Shown: positions 9,959 to 18,943, counted from the first letter of the stretch. The stretch: DNA of 64,000 nt from a bacterium (GCA_030696105.1 JAUYNJ010000001.1:66747-130746), one strand, 5' to 3'. Program-made: numbers and translations. Notes: a model not told the origin generated them from the letters alone.

Positions 9959-11447
9959 CCTTACGAGATTTGGCATTAGCCAAGTCTCTTTTTGTTTCTA
10001 ATATTGGCGATAATTTCGGAGTTTGAAATGTGTAAAAATTAAAAGAGGGCTTTTCTTTAAAAATCGAACTCTGAACTTTGAGTTTGGTGGCATAATCGGC
10101 CTTTTCATAAAAGTCCGGCAGATCACACATCAAATCAAAAACCTTATCAATATTCTTTTTAACGTCAAAACCATCGTCTTTACAATTCAAGAGTCTTTCC
10201 TGTTTATCGGATAGCATAATTTTTACTTTATCCATTTCTTCCCTAAAATCTTCATCGTCTAATAACTCCTTTTTCTTCATCTCAATTAATTTGTCTTTTT
10301 CCGCTTTCAGATTTTCCAATTGCGACTTGAGCAAACCGAAATTGCTATGTATCTCATTCTTTCTCTCATCATAAACCTCGATAATCGCTTTTTTAACGGC
10401 CTTGGCCATATAAGGCTGAAAACTAATCTTTTTTAAACCGAGTGAAAAATTATCTTCTACTTCTTTTTTAGTAATTGATTTTAACTGACCGCATTTTTTG
10501 TTATAACATTTATAATAGGGGTATTTAATACCCATTTTGCCGGTTGAAAAACAAGCGGTTAGCGGACTGCCACAATGCGGACAAACTACAAAATGCCTTA
10601 GAGGAAAACTTTCGTTAACTCGACCTAAAGAAATACAGTCGCCCTTATCGGCATTTCTAAATAATTTCTGACACTGCCAAAAAATTCGCTCATCAATAAA
10701 TTTTTCATGACTGCCGGCATATTCTTGACCCTTAACCGTCATAATCCCGATATAGAATTTTTCTCGGAGTAATTCGTGGAGCGTTTGCAAAGTTAACTCC
10801 CGGCCTTTATGCGTTCTAAACCCTTTATCATTTAACATCTTTCTGACTTGTTCAATTTGATATAAGCCGGTCGCAAATCGCTCAAAAGCTAATTTGATTA
10901 AAGGCATACGAACCTTATCAAAGATTATCATCGCTTTATTTTGAGCGTCTCGAGCGTTTAAATAGCCAAAGGGGGCTTTAAAACACCAAACGCCCTGTTT
11001 TATCCGTTCGTGCATACAAGAGGAGATTCTCTCACTCCTAACATCATTATCAAACTGGGCGACCGAGGCAACGATCGTCCCGACTAATCGACCGCTCGGC
11101 GTCTCATCAACCGTTTCCGTCGTCGATATAAACTTAATTTTAAGTTTATAGAGCGACGCCAGAATGCCAGTATAGTCATTAACATTACGAGACAAGCGGT
11201 CAATTTTATAAACAATCACACAATCAAGATTCTTGGTATTCTTTACACAGTATTTTAATAATTCTTTTAAGCCCGGCCGTTCAATAGTTTTTGCCGATAC
11301 GCCGTCATCGTGAAATAGTTCGACAATTTCAATATCATGCTTGAGAGCGTATTCCAAGCAAGCGTTTTTCTGTTGTTCTAAACTAACACCGGATTGAGCC
11401 TGATCTTCAGTCGAAACCCGGTAATAGATAATTCCTTTTTTAGTCAT
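9897..11447 (-). CDS. large serine recombinase (integrase) 1
   Basis: The product starts MTKKGIIYYRVSTEDQ (catalytic Ser region), then YKIDRLSRN, a recombinase domain, a Cys-rich zinc ribbon (CPHCGSPL...YYKCYNKKC) and a coiled coil. Start set at ATG 11447. The last ~20 codons run antisense through tRNA-Ala. Confidence 0.85.
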   Translation of the reverse strand: MTKKGIIYYRVSTEDQAQSGVSLEQQKNACLEYALKHDIEIVELFHDDGVSAKTIERPGLKELLKYCVKNTKNLDCVIVYKIDRLSRNVNDYTGILASLYKLKIKFISTTETVDETPSGRLVGTIVASVAQFDNDVRSERISSCMHERIKQGVWCFKAPFGYLNARDAQNKAMIIFDKVRMPLIKLAFERFATGLYQIEQVRKMLNDKGFRTHKGRELTLQTLHELLREKFYIGIMTVKGQEYAGSHEKFIDERIFWQCQKLFRNADKGDCISLGRVNESFPLRHFVVCPHCGSPLTACFSTGKMGIKYPYYKCYNKKCGQLKSITKKEVEDNFSLGLKKISFQPYMAKAVKKAIIEVYDERKNEIHSNFGLLKSQLENLKAEKDKLIEMKKKELLDDEDFREEMDKVKIMLSDKQERLLNCKDDGFDVKKNIDKVFDLMCDLPDFYEKADYATKLKVQSSIFKEKPSFNFYTFQTPKLSPILETKRDLANAKSRKVDPTGLEPATPCLQSRCSTR

Positions 11448-11637
11448 AAATTTAAAATTAATAAAAAGAGAGCAGTAAACTGTTGGACACAATTAAGCAA
11501 ATACTCAATTGAAACAGTCACTGCTCTCTTTATCTCAAAACGACATCTCGCCGTCATTATGACTTGAGTAAATATTTGCTATATTAATTGTGTCCATTAA
11601 GGATATTAGCATAAATTCTCTTTTTTACAAGATTAAG

Positions 11638-11790
11638 CTACATTAAGGTCGGATTAATATGGCGTTTATAATACTCAAAAGCCAAATAAGCTAATTGATA
11701 CAAATCACGGCTAACTTCCATTAATTGAGCGTCGGTATATTCAGAGGATTTCGGGCCGACCAACTCTTTCATTTTTTCTAGTGTTAACAT
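11638..11790 (-). CDS. small hypothetical protein (50 aa), paralog of 11816-11965
   Basis: My own translation gives MLTLEKMKELVGPKSSEYTDAQLMEVSRDLYQLAYLAFEYYKRHINPTLM. It falls below the ORF-track size cutoff and shares its pattern with the adjacent small ORF. Confidence 0.45.
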   Translation of the reverse strand: MLTLEKMKELVGPKSSEYTDAQLMEVSRDLYQLAYLAFEYYKRHINPTLM

Positions 11791-11815
11791 ATATTTTATT
11801 GATTATTTTTTATAT

Positions 11816-11965
11816 TTATTTAAATAAGTTAGGATTTTGTTGATGGATATCAAAGGCGAGATGAGCAAAGGCGTAAATATCGTGCCTTATTTCTTCAAGC
11901 TCTTCTTCGGAAAACCGCTTAGCACGACTTCCCAGCAGTTTTCGCAGAGCCTCTAAGCTCATCAT
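11816..11965 (-). CDS. small hypothetical protein (49 aa), paralog of 11638-11790
   Basis: My own translation gives MMSLEALRKLLGSRAKRFSEEELEEIRHDIYAFAHLAFDIHQQNPNLFK. It shares the L..L.G...S/T.E.L.E..D.Y.A.LAF pattern with its neighbour. Confidence 0.45.
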   Translation of the reverse strand: MMSLEALRKLLGSRAKRFSEEELEEIRHDIYAFAHLAFDIHQQNPNLFK

Positions 11966-12020
11966 TCAATTCCGAAAAATGTCTGCAGAACATTTTAATT
12001 AGTGAATTAAAATGTCTTTG

Positions 12021-12875
12021 TTAAAAGACAATATCATCTATATTCAGTTCTTTGTTTTTTGTTGTTTTTTCTGATTTATTATTTTTAATAATTTTATCTA
12101 ATTCTTCGTTGTTTATTTCGTTTATTTTATAAATGGTTTCTTTTATTTGACCTAAGCGGTCGCTGTAGAATTCCCGTTCTTTAATCAGATCTAAAGAATC
12201 GGGGCTAAAGAAGTCTAAGAAATTGTCCACCTCGTCTGGGTAGTCGATTATTTCCGGTTGATTAAGATTTTTTGAATAGAAAAATTTTCGTTTCTTGAAA
12301 TATCTCGGATCGAACATTTCCTTGCTTAAATATTTCGAGATATAAATACCGATATTCTTGGCGTTGTTAATAGGCCTAAAATTAATAAAACCATTTTTCC
12401 AGTATTTGTCGGCAAACCACCGTTCATATTCTTTTCGCTTATCACCAGTTTCAAATTCCGGCAGAGGGTAATTAGAGACTAAATGATAATGGACTCTTTT
12501 CGACTGCGGCTGAAATTCGGGAACGGCTAAATATTGAAAATCATTTTGGCCATAACTGATCCGCTTAATAAAGCGGTCAAAATATTTATTGGCTGTTTTT
12601 AAATCCAATATTTCGTCTTTGAACGTCAGCGTCAAAAAAGTTTTGAGTTGCGGATTAGAATTAATTAGACGAGTTATTTTCTGTCTGGCTCGCTTAACAT
12701 TATCTTCTCTAATTTTAATCTGCTCCGATTCTAAGCGAATATGCTTAAATTCAGGGCGATGAATTTTCCGATACTGTGGCCAACCGACCCAATATGATTT
12801 CTCATACTCAAATATCTCAATAATATTTCCAGACTTGATGATTTTTTTCTTGACCTCGTAAGGTAAACTATCCAT
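12021..12875 (-). CDS. HUH-superfamily rolling-circle replication initiator (Rep)-like protein
   Basis: Three RCR Rep motifs occur in the canonical order: FLTLTF (motif I), HYHLV (HUH, motif II) and YISKYLSKE (catalytic Tyr, motif III). Confidence 0.7.
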   Translation of the reverse strand: MDSLPYEVKKKIIKSGNIIEIFEYEKSYWVGWPQYRKIHRPEFKHIRLESEQIKIREDNVKRARQKITRLINSNPQLKTFLTLTFKDEILDLKTANKYFDRFIKRISYGQNDFQYLAVPEFQPQSKRVHYHLVSNYPLPEFETGDKRKEYERWFADKYWKNGFINFRPINNAKNIGIYISKYLSKEMFDPRYFKKRKFFYSKNLNQPEIIDYPDEVDNFLDFFSPDSLDLIKEREFYSDRLGQIKETIYKINEINNEELDKIIKNNKSEKTTKNKELNIDDIVF

Positions 12876-13023
12876 GCGCTTTTTATTATTGTCTTAGATT
12901 AATAACTTGTTTTTTCGACTCGTGTAATATGAGTGAATAATCAAGTTATTTATTAAGTTTTTAAAGTGCTGGCTCGGGCGTTAGCAGAACGCCCTCGCTT
13001 TTGTTTCTTTTATGCCTTATCCG

Positions 13024-13090
13024 GCCATTCCGTTTTTCGGCCCGGCTCCCCCACGGGGGATCCGCCGGGTCCGAAAAAACGGAAAATGGC
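13024..13090. repeat. nested hairpin/cruciform element, copy 1 (core GGCTCCCCCACGGGGGATCCGCC)
   Basis: Arms gccattccgtttttcggcccggc and gccgggtccgaaaaaacggaaaatggc pair around the inner palindrome TCCCCC-ac-GGGGGA. The core recurs at 20618-20641. Confidence 0.8.
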
Positions 13091-13183
13091 GAGAAAAGGG
13101 GCGATATAAACAAAAAACCATAAGCTTAGTGTTTATGGTCTTATGATAACGAATTGAGTTGTAGCAATATATACCCGCTAAAA

Positions 13184-13858
13184 TTATTTTGCTTGTCCGG
13201 TCAATTTCTTTGAATAATCGAGAAGTCTTTTAACAATTTTAGCAATATCTTGATAGCCGAGAATTTTGTCCGGGTATTTCTCGTTAATTATTGAGGCTAT
13301 TTCCTTATCTTTCTTGCCGTTTTGGCGTAATTGATATATTTCCAAGTCTCGACCAACATTAACTCGTGGCGAGGCTTTTAGGGGCTTAGAATCGGACAAT
13401 CTAACGACCGCCTGTCTTATTTCATTCCAGTTTTTTTGCAGTTCGGTTATGGTAGTTTCCGGGTTTAAACGGATAACCGTAAATTTTTCTTTGGGGTTAG
13501 ATGGATTTTCGATATTAAAAGGATAAAGCTCCTCAGACAAGCCGAAATAACTAATAATATCTCTCTGTTCAATAAAATCTTTTAGTGAAGTCTGATAAGC
13601 CGGCGACAAATGATATTTTAATCTCAAATCGGAAACGGCTTTATTGTAGTTATTCGTAAATTGATGAATATCGTCTAAACTTTTTATTTTGATTGTTGTT
13701 TTTATAGATTCAGACGAATTAATATGATCTTCCATTCCTTCGCCAGCAACATATAATTTAACTATCGGAACATTTTCTCGAATATATTGGATGTCGGCTC
13801 TAAAATTCTCATTAGTAATATAAATTATATAGAGATTTTGATAAAAATTAGAGGACAT
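13184..13858 (-). CDS. hypothetical protein with a possible C-terminal HTH, third gene of the ATPase/RloB operon
   Basis: There is an 8-nt gap after the RloB-like gene on the same strand. The C-terminus RDLEIYQLRQNGKKDKEIASIINEKY is HTH-like. A hairpin plus T-run terminator follows at 13112-13139 on the minus strand. Confidence 0.4.
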   Translation of the reverse strand: MSSNFYQNLYIIYITNENFRADIQYIRENVPIVKLYVAGEGMEDHINSSESIKTTIKIKSLDDIHQFTNNYNKAVSDLRLKYHLSPAYQTSLKDFIEQRDIISYFGLSEELYPFNIENPSNPKEKFTVIRLNPETTITELQKNWNEIRQAVVRLSDSKPLKASPRVNVGRDLEIYQLRQNGKKDKEIASIINEKYPDKILGYQDIAKIVKRLLDYSKKLTGQAK

Positions 13859-13865
13859 AAAAATT

Positions 13866-14510
13866 TTATTTTTTACTATCCCTAATTAATCTATTAATCT
13901 CTTCTACCAAAAAATGAATACTAGTTGACGGATTCCCTTTGGCACTCAAACTATTCTGCCAATTAATTTTTTCATAATCGGGCACTATGTCTTTAGCATT
14001 TTTAATTGCTTGTTCTTGGAATGGTAGTAATATTTGAAAAATTTCTTGATTTTTTTGAAATTTACCTAACTTATTTTTCTTAAAGGCCTCAATAATTTTC
14101 TTTTCAATATCTTCGCCCCTGCAAATTTGACAATTCGGTTTTTCAAAATGAAGCAAAATCCAAAGTTCGAAACATTCATTGACGTAAGCAATCTTAATAT
14201 TATTATTCACGGCATTTTTAATCGCCGCTAAAAGCTTCTCGCCATCATTCTTATAAAAATCATCAACATCAAAAATACACCACACCTGATCGCCGTCGTC
14301 TTCGGAAACTTTAACTTTTTTCCACTCTACAATTTTTTCTAATAATTCTTGCGGAGTCCAGTAAAGTTTTTTATCTGGCATCAATAAAGGAGTTTTCAAA
14401 TAATTCTTAAATTCTTGAAAATACTCTATCTCTGCCCGCATTGTATGCGACCAAACAAAAATTTTTGGGTGAGCTTCACGATGTTTAGTTTTACCTCTAT
14501 ATTGCGCCAT
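13866..14510 (-). CDS. RloB-like (Toprim-related) protein, AbiLii-like
   Basis: KIFVWSHTMRAEIEYF aligns with the RloB N-terminal (I/V)xCEGxxTExxYF block, though the CEG is degenerate. VWCIFDVDDF matches the DxD block. The gene abuts the upstream ATPase gene. Confidence 0.6.
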   Translation of the reverse strand: MAQYRGKTKHREAHPKIFVWSHTMRAEIEYFQEFKNYLKTPLLMPDKKLYWTPQELLEKIVEWKKVKVSEDDGDQVWCIFDVDDFYKNDGEKLLAAIKNAVNNNIKIAYVNECFELWILLHFEKPNCQICRGEDIEKKIIEAFKKNKLGKFQKNQEIFQILLPFQEQAIKNAKDIVPDYEKINWQNSLSAKGNPSTSIHFLVEEINRLIRDSKK

Positions 14511-14511
14511 A

Positions 14512-15810
14512 TTATTTTGAAAATTTTAAATCTTCAAAATCCGAAATATATGGCAAAGCATTATACCTACCCTCTAGATATCTTTTAGCAAAATCTACAC
14601 CCTTTCTTTCAGATATATCTGATAATGAGAATAATTCAGTTGCCCCTTTTTCGTTTTTCTCTGTAAAATAAATTTGATCACGGCGAAGAAAATCCTCACT
14701 CATAAGAGATGTATCGTGGGTAGCAAAAACTAATTGAGCATTATTTGGATTCTTGTCCTTCGAATTAAAAATTGAAATTAAGTACTGACAAAGTATCGGA
14801 TGGAGGCTTGCATCAATTTCATCAATAAATAAAATTTTTCCATTATCCAGTGTATCAATTAATGGGGCGGATAAAGCGAACATATGCTGAGTACCATTCG
14901 ATTCTTCATTAAAGAAATCAAACGGCTCACTCTTTAATTCTTCTTCATTATTGCCAAATTTTTTATGTAAAAACCTAATGCTACGCTCGGCTATTTTGGA
15001 ATCTTCTTTAAAGAATAACTCTTTAAATTTATCCGGCATATTCTGAATTTGCTTGGCGGAAACCATTTTTTCACTCGCCTCAATATTCATAACACCAAAA
15101 TCAGCTTTAACAATAAAATCTTTCATTTTTTTAGCCATACTGGGGTTATTCAAGAATTGACCGAATGAATAATTCAAAGTATCACCACTATTTGCATCCA
15201 GTATTAAATTTGTATTCTTCACAAATTCAACAATTTTTTTGGATATCGGTTGGTTATTACTAGAAAGGACTGACAGAAACAAAACTCGCTCGCCAGTATT
15301 ATTTTTTAAAGCCGCTGATGCCTCTTGAAAATAATTCTTATTACTTTCAATTTTTTGACCATCCCTTTCAAACAAGGTTTTCTTGCCCTTTTCTTGCTTT
15401 AACCATTCCGTGCATATTTTTTTCTTGTCCATTTCAAACCCATAACTAAAAACTTCGCCATCAAGCAAAAAGGTCATCTCAAAAAACGTGGGCTTATTTT
15501 CAGTTTCTGAACTTAACTTAAAATATTCATTAGGCAAATCAACTGCGACATTACTTCGAAGTAATGACTCTAAAACCATCATACGAAAAACAAAAAAGGA
15601 TTTAAGAATATTACTCTTGCCCGATGCATTTGGGCCATAAATAGCCACCGATTTTAACAATGATTTTTTACCACTTTCAAAAACTGCATTTGATTTCATT
15701 GTTTCGTCGCTTGTAGCACATAGATCAAGTATAATCTCATCTTTAATTGAACGAAAATTTTTAACCTTGAAAGTTAACAACATATTTTTATATATTGAAT
15801 TATTATTCAC
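14512..15810 (-). CDS. AAA_21/ABC-type P-loop ATPase, AbiLi-like defence ATPase
   Basis: Walker A (GPNASGKSN), Walker B (ILFIDEIDASLHP) and C-terminal ATHDTSLM are present. The gene is paired with the RloB-like gene. Confidence 0.7.
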   Translation of the reverse strand: MNNNSIYKNMLLTFKVKNFRSIKDEIILDLCATSDETMKSNAVFESGKKSLLKSVAIYGPNASGKSNILKSFFVFRMMVLESLLRSNVAVDLPNEYFKLSSETENKPTFFEMTFLLDGEVFSYGFEMDKKKICTEWLKQEKGKKTLFERDGQKIESNKNYFQEASAALKNNTGERVLFLSVLSSNNQPISKKIVEFVKNTNLILDANSGDTLNYSFGQFLNNPSMAKKMKDFIVKADFGVMNIEASEKMVSAKQIQNMPDKFKELFFKEDSKIAERSIRFLHKKFGNNEEELKSEPFDFFNEESNGTQHMFALSAPLIDTLDNGKILFIDEIDASLHPILCQYLISIFNSKDKNPNNAQLVFATHDTSLMSEDFLRRDQIYFTEKNEKGATELFSLSDISERKGVDFAKRYLEGRYNALPYISDFEDLKFSK

Positions 15811-15816
15811 AATTCA

Positions 15817-15845
15817 ATATTAGCAAACTATTTTCCAAAAGTCAA
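15817..15845 (-). promoter_or_regulatory. sigma70-like promoter for the ATPase operon (TTGACT-17-TAATAT), with a perfect 15-bp palindrome just upstream at 15853-15867
   Basis: On the minus strand, the -35 is at 15845-15840 and the -10 at 15822-15817. The palindrome TGACAAATATTGTCA lies directly upstream. Confidence 0.5.
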
Positions 15846-15975
15846 GACTTTATGACAAATATTGTCAAAAAAGAGATAAAAATGGAAATATTTACCTAAT
15901 TTAGTCATTTTTATTGAAATATTACCACAATGATTTCTTTCTAAATAGAGTCTAATTATAAAAAATAATAAAAAT

Positions 15976-17121
15976 TTAGTCCTTAATCTTTCTTGTTATT
16001 ATCACACCATTATCGATTGGCAATGTATAAGAGGTAACTCTTCTATCACTTTGAGAATTTGGCAATTTTGTGCCTAATACTTTATCAAGATAATCTTTCA
16101 TCATATGTCCGTAGTCAAAAACATTATCTGCTATAATAAAGCCGCCATTTTTTAACAAAGGCATAAATAACTCAAAATATTTTCCATAATTTTCTTTATC
16201 AGCGTCTAAAAAAATTAAATCTAATTTTTTTATTTTCCCTGACTTTAATATTTCCATAGCATCACCCTCCAACAAATCTATATTATTGAGTTTTGCTTTT
16301 TTAAAATTACTTTTAGCTAACTTTATTTTTGGTTTTAATTTTTCAATAGTATTTACTCTTCCTTTATTATAACGAGCTCCCATAGCCAAATACAGAGTAG
16401 AATAACCGGCCGAAGTGCCAATTTCTAATATATTTTTACTCTTTGTCGCAACGGCCATAAATTCTAAAAGTTCGGCGGTAGTCCTCGGCACAGACCATAA
16501 TTTAATCGTCTCACCAACAACTTTTTGTCCAAATTGTTTTTCATTGCCATTATATTTATATTCCCAATTGGTTTCTATTTTTTCAATTGATTCAGCTGTT
16601 AAAATTATACTCTTATTATCCCTTAAATTATTTATAATATTTAAGACCTGAGGATTGTATTTATAATTCAACTTCTCCAACACCTCTTTGGTGAATTCGA
16701 TTGCTTCGTTCGAGTTCCAATTCTCCATAAAAAAATCATAATAGTGCTTAAACAAAGCGATATTATTAATCTCAACTATAAACGGTTCCGGCCTCCAACC
16801 TAATTGCAATATTTTATTCTTTGTAATTACCAAGCCAACCGGAATATTAAAGTTTTTAAATTTTAATTTTAAATTGTTATTATCAGAATAAGTTTCGCCT
16901 GCTGTTATTTCTAATTTTTTATTGAAAATAGCTCGATCATCAATTTTTTTCTTAGCGAGGCTCAAATGAAATTGTTTAAAAAGTTTTTTAATTTCTGGGC
17001 TTTGATATTCATTCTGAAATGCAAAAGCATAATAAAAATCACCCGCCGTAAGTTCTTTTTCAAGCAAAGAATAATAATCAATAAACTGTTTTTTACCAGA
17101 AATGGTATTTATTGTTTTCAT
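15976..17121 (-). CDS. fusion protein: N-terminal TrmB-C-terminal-like domain plus class I SAM-dependent O-methyltransferase (family 3-like)
   Basis: OMT motifs ILEIGTSAGYSTLYLA and DLIFLDADKENY are present. The N-terminal ~140 aa is paralogous to the C-terminal ~110 aa of the upstream-encoded 593-aa protein. Confidence 0.7.
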   Translation of the reverse strand: MKTINTISGKKQFIDYYSLLEKELTAGDFYYAFAFQNEYQSPEIKKLFKQFHLSLAKKKIDDRAIFNKKLEITAGETYSDNNNLKLKFKNFNIPVGLVITKNKILQLGWRPEPFIVEINNIALFKHYYDFFMENWNSNEAIEFTKEVLEKLNYKYNPQVLNIINNLRDNKSIILTAESIEKIETNWEYKYNGNEKQFGQKVVGETIKLWSVPRTTAELLEFMAVATKSKNILEIGTSAGYSTLYLAMGARYNKGRVNTIEKLKPKIKLAKSNFKKAKLNNIDLLEGDAMEILKSGKIKKLDLIFLDADKENYGKYFELFMPLLKNGGFIIADNVFDYGHMMKDYLDKVLGTKLPNSQSDRRVTSYTLPIDNGVIITRKIKD

Positions 17122-17127
17122 AGATGT

Positions 17128-18909
17128 TTATTTATATTTTTTATCCCAAATTTCATTAAAGTAATTTTTGTAGCTCTCAACTATTTTAATATCCTTAATT
17201 TCAAATGCCGATGGCTTTGATCCCCACAAAAGATTAATAATCCTGTCATTTAGAATGATAACACCATTTGGGATTTCTTTTTTTGTTGCTTTAATTTGGA
17301 TATTCTTATTACTACTATAGGCAAGGTTTAAGGCCGACAAAGTTTCTTGACGACAAATTGCTCTATCCTCGATTGATTTATCGGCCAACTTTTTATGAAC
17401 ATCTGATAACAAATCACGAACTGCCGGATCTAAATATTCAGAATTAAAAGCAAAAGCCGAATAAATATCTTCTTTAGTTAAACTGTTTACAATATTTTCG
17501 AATAACTTTTTAAATTCTGTCGTCCCCTCATAAATAACTTCCGCCTCCCTATAAAAAAATGGATATTTTTCACCTTTCAAAAAAACCGGAATATATTTTC
17601 CACTACTTAACAATTCGCTCTCATAATGAACAGACACTTCGCCATTATTTTTTAATACGCCCACGCCCATCCATGGTAATAAATGTGTTTTTCTTTTAAC
17701 TAAGAAAATACCGATATGACCCTCCTTGGGATGAACTGTTAAGCGGATGCCTCCCGGTACTAGTAAATTAAAGAAATCAGCTTTCTCTAAAGCGTGTTGA
17801 ACGACCATATATTCAAAAGCGCATTTTTCCGCTCTTTCGTTAATTTCTTTTTTCTTTTCCTTTTCCACATCGCTTAAATCCCAATCTTCTAAAAAGTTAA
17901 TTCTATATAAAAACTTAAATGAAGCATCTGACAAATTAATATTTTGTTTTGCTGACTGGATTATCTTTTGAACTTTTTCATTGTTAAATTTTGTAGTTTG
18001 CCATAAATTAGTCATTTCTGCCCTCGCTTCATCATAAATTGTTGAAAAGTTTTTAATCTTTTTCAACTCTTCAAGAGCGTCTTTTAAAATAATCACTTCC
18101 CCAAGATTTAGTTTCCTAACAATATCTTTCAGAGATTTAAAATATCTTTCTGCGTCTTCTTTTTCATGTAAAAAATGCCGGTAGTAAAGGTGCCCGTCAT
18201 GAAAAATGGTAAATTTTGCTCCCGGTTTATAAATTATCTTAATTTGTAAATTGATTTCATTCAACTTACAAAATGAACCGATCTCGGCTAAGTCCGCATC
18301 CCTTCTTGATGATTTCAACGGATTAGCAATTTTAAAAGGAAAGGCCGGGAGCATAAAATTTATCGGCTCTTTTTTATCAATAAAATAATTAATCTTTTTT
18401 AAAATATCTTCTTTATATTTTTGCAAATTAATTGTTTCTAAAGAACCATTTCTGTATTTAGGAGAAGTAATTATATGCAATATTTTTTCTGCTAAATCTT
18501 TGCAACCATTAAAATCTTTTTCATTAAAATAATTAATTTGAGTATTAAATGTTCTTAAAAATTTTTGGTAATCAAATTTAATAATTTCTTCTCTTTGTAA
18601 ATTTTGATAATTATAATAATTTTCTTTTATATTCTCACTTATTTTTTCATAAATTGTTCCCGTCATGTCTATTCTGGTTAAATCATAGTCCGACGGTAAA
18701 ACTACATTTTCCACTTCTTGCTCATAGCCAGCTTTATTTAATAAATTCAAAATTTCCGTTTTTTGATATTTCCTATCTCTTCTTACGCCGAATCTAATAG
18801 CCTTTAAAAGGCCTTTTTGTTCCCAAAGTCTAAGCGTATTTGGATGACAATTTAATAATTCGCTCGCCTGCTTTAGGGTTAATAATTTGGACGTTATGTC
18901 TTTTTTCAT
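17128..18909 (-). CDS. three-domain protein: MerR/excisionase-type HTH, DIT1/PvcA-family (isonitrile-synthase-like) domain, TrmB-C-terminal-like domain
   Basis: The HTH is LTLKQASELLNCHPNTLRLWEQKGLL. The PvcA-like blocks are MLPAFPFKIANPLKSSRRDADLAEIGSF...YKPGAKFTIFHDG and GGIRLTVHPKEGHIGIFL...LLPWMGVGV. The tail ends NLLWGSKPSAFEIKDIKIVESYKNYFNEIW. Confidence 0.7.
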   Translation of the reverse strand: MKKDITSKLLTLKQASELLNCHPNTLRLWEQKGLLKAIRFGVRRDRKYQKTEILNLLNKAGYEQEVENVVLPSDYDLTRIDMTGTIYEKISENIKENYYNYQNLQREEIIKFDYQKFLRTFNTQINYFNEKDFNGCKDLAEKILHIITSPKYRNGSLETINLQKYKEDILKKINYFIDKKEPINFMLPAFPFKIANPLKSSRRDADLAEIGSFCKLNEINLQIKIIYKPGAKFTIFHDGHLYYRHFLHEKEDAERYFKSLKDIVRKLNLGEVIILKDALEELKKIKNFSTIYDEARAEMTNLWQTTKFNNEKVQKIIQSAKQNINLSDASFKFLYRINFLEDWDLSDVEKEKKKEINERAEKCAFEYMVVQHALEKADFFNLLVPGGIRLTVHPKEGHIGIFLVKRKTHLLPWMGVGVLKNNGEVSVHYESELLSSGKYIPVFLKGEKYPFFYREAEVIYEGTTEFKKLFENIVNSLTKEDIYSAFAFNSEYLDPAVRDLLSDVHKKLADKSIEDRAICRQETLSALNLAYSSNKNIQIKATKKEIPNGVIILNDRIINLLWGSKPSAFEIKDIKIVESYKNYFNEIWDKKYK

Positions 18910-18943
18910 AAAAATTGATATTTACTTAACAATACATACCAAT

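Noticed and set aside
9695-9976. 93-aa minus-strand ORF overlapping tRNA-Ala. Similar track ORFs are 43100-43618, 31529-31849 and the 5' parts of 43860-44537 and 9897-11492.
   Set aside because: These frames read through tRNA genes or their antisense (for example GLEPATP- and QLVEQLPLKE-type peptides). They are artefacts of six-frame translation. The real genes start downstream: adk at 43983 and the recombinase at 11447.
13024-13090. Interpreting the two GC-core hairpins as ordinary rho-independent terminators or as attL/attR hybrid sites
   Set aside because: Neither hairpin is followed by a U-run on either strand, and both sit upstream of genes. Hybrid att sites would not have self-complementary arms that differ between copies. 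I therefore report them as structured elements of unknown role.
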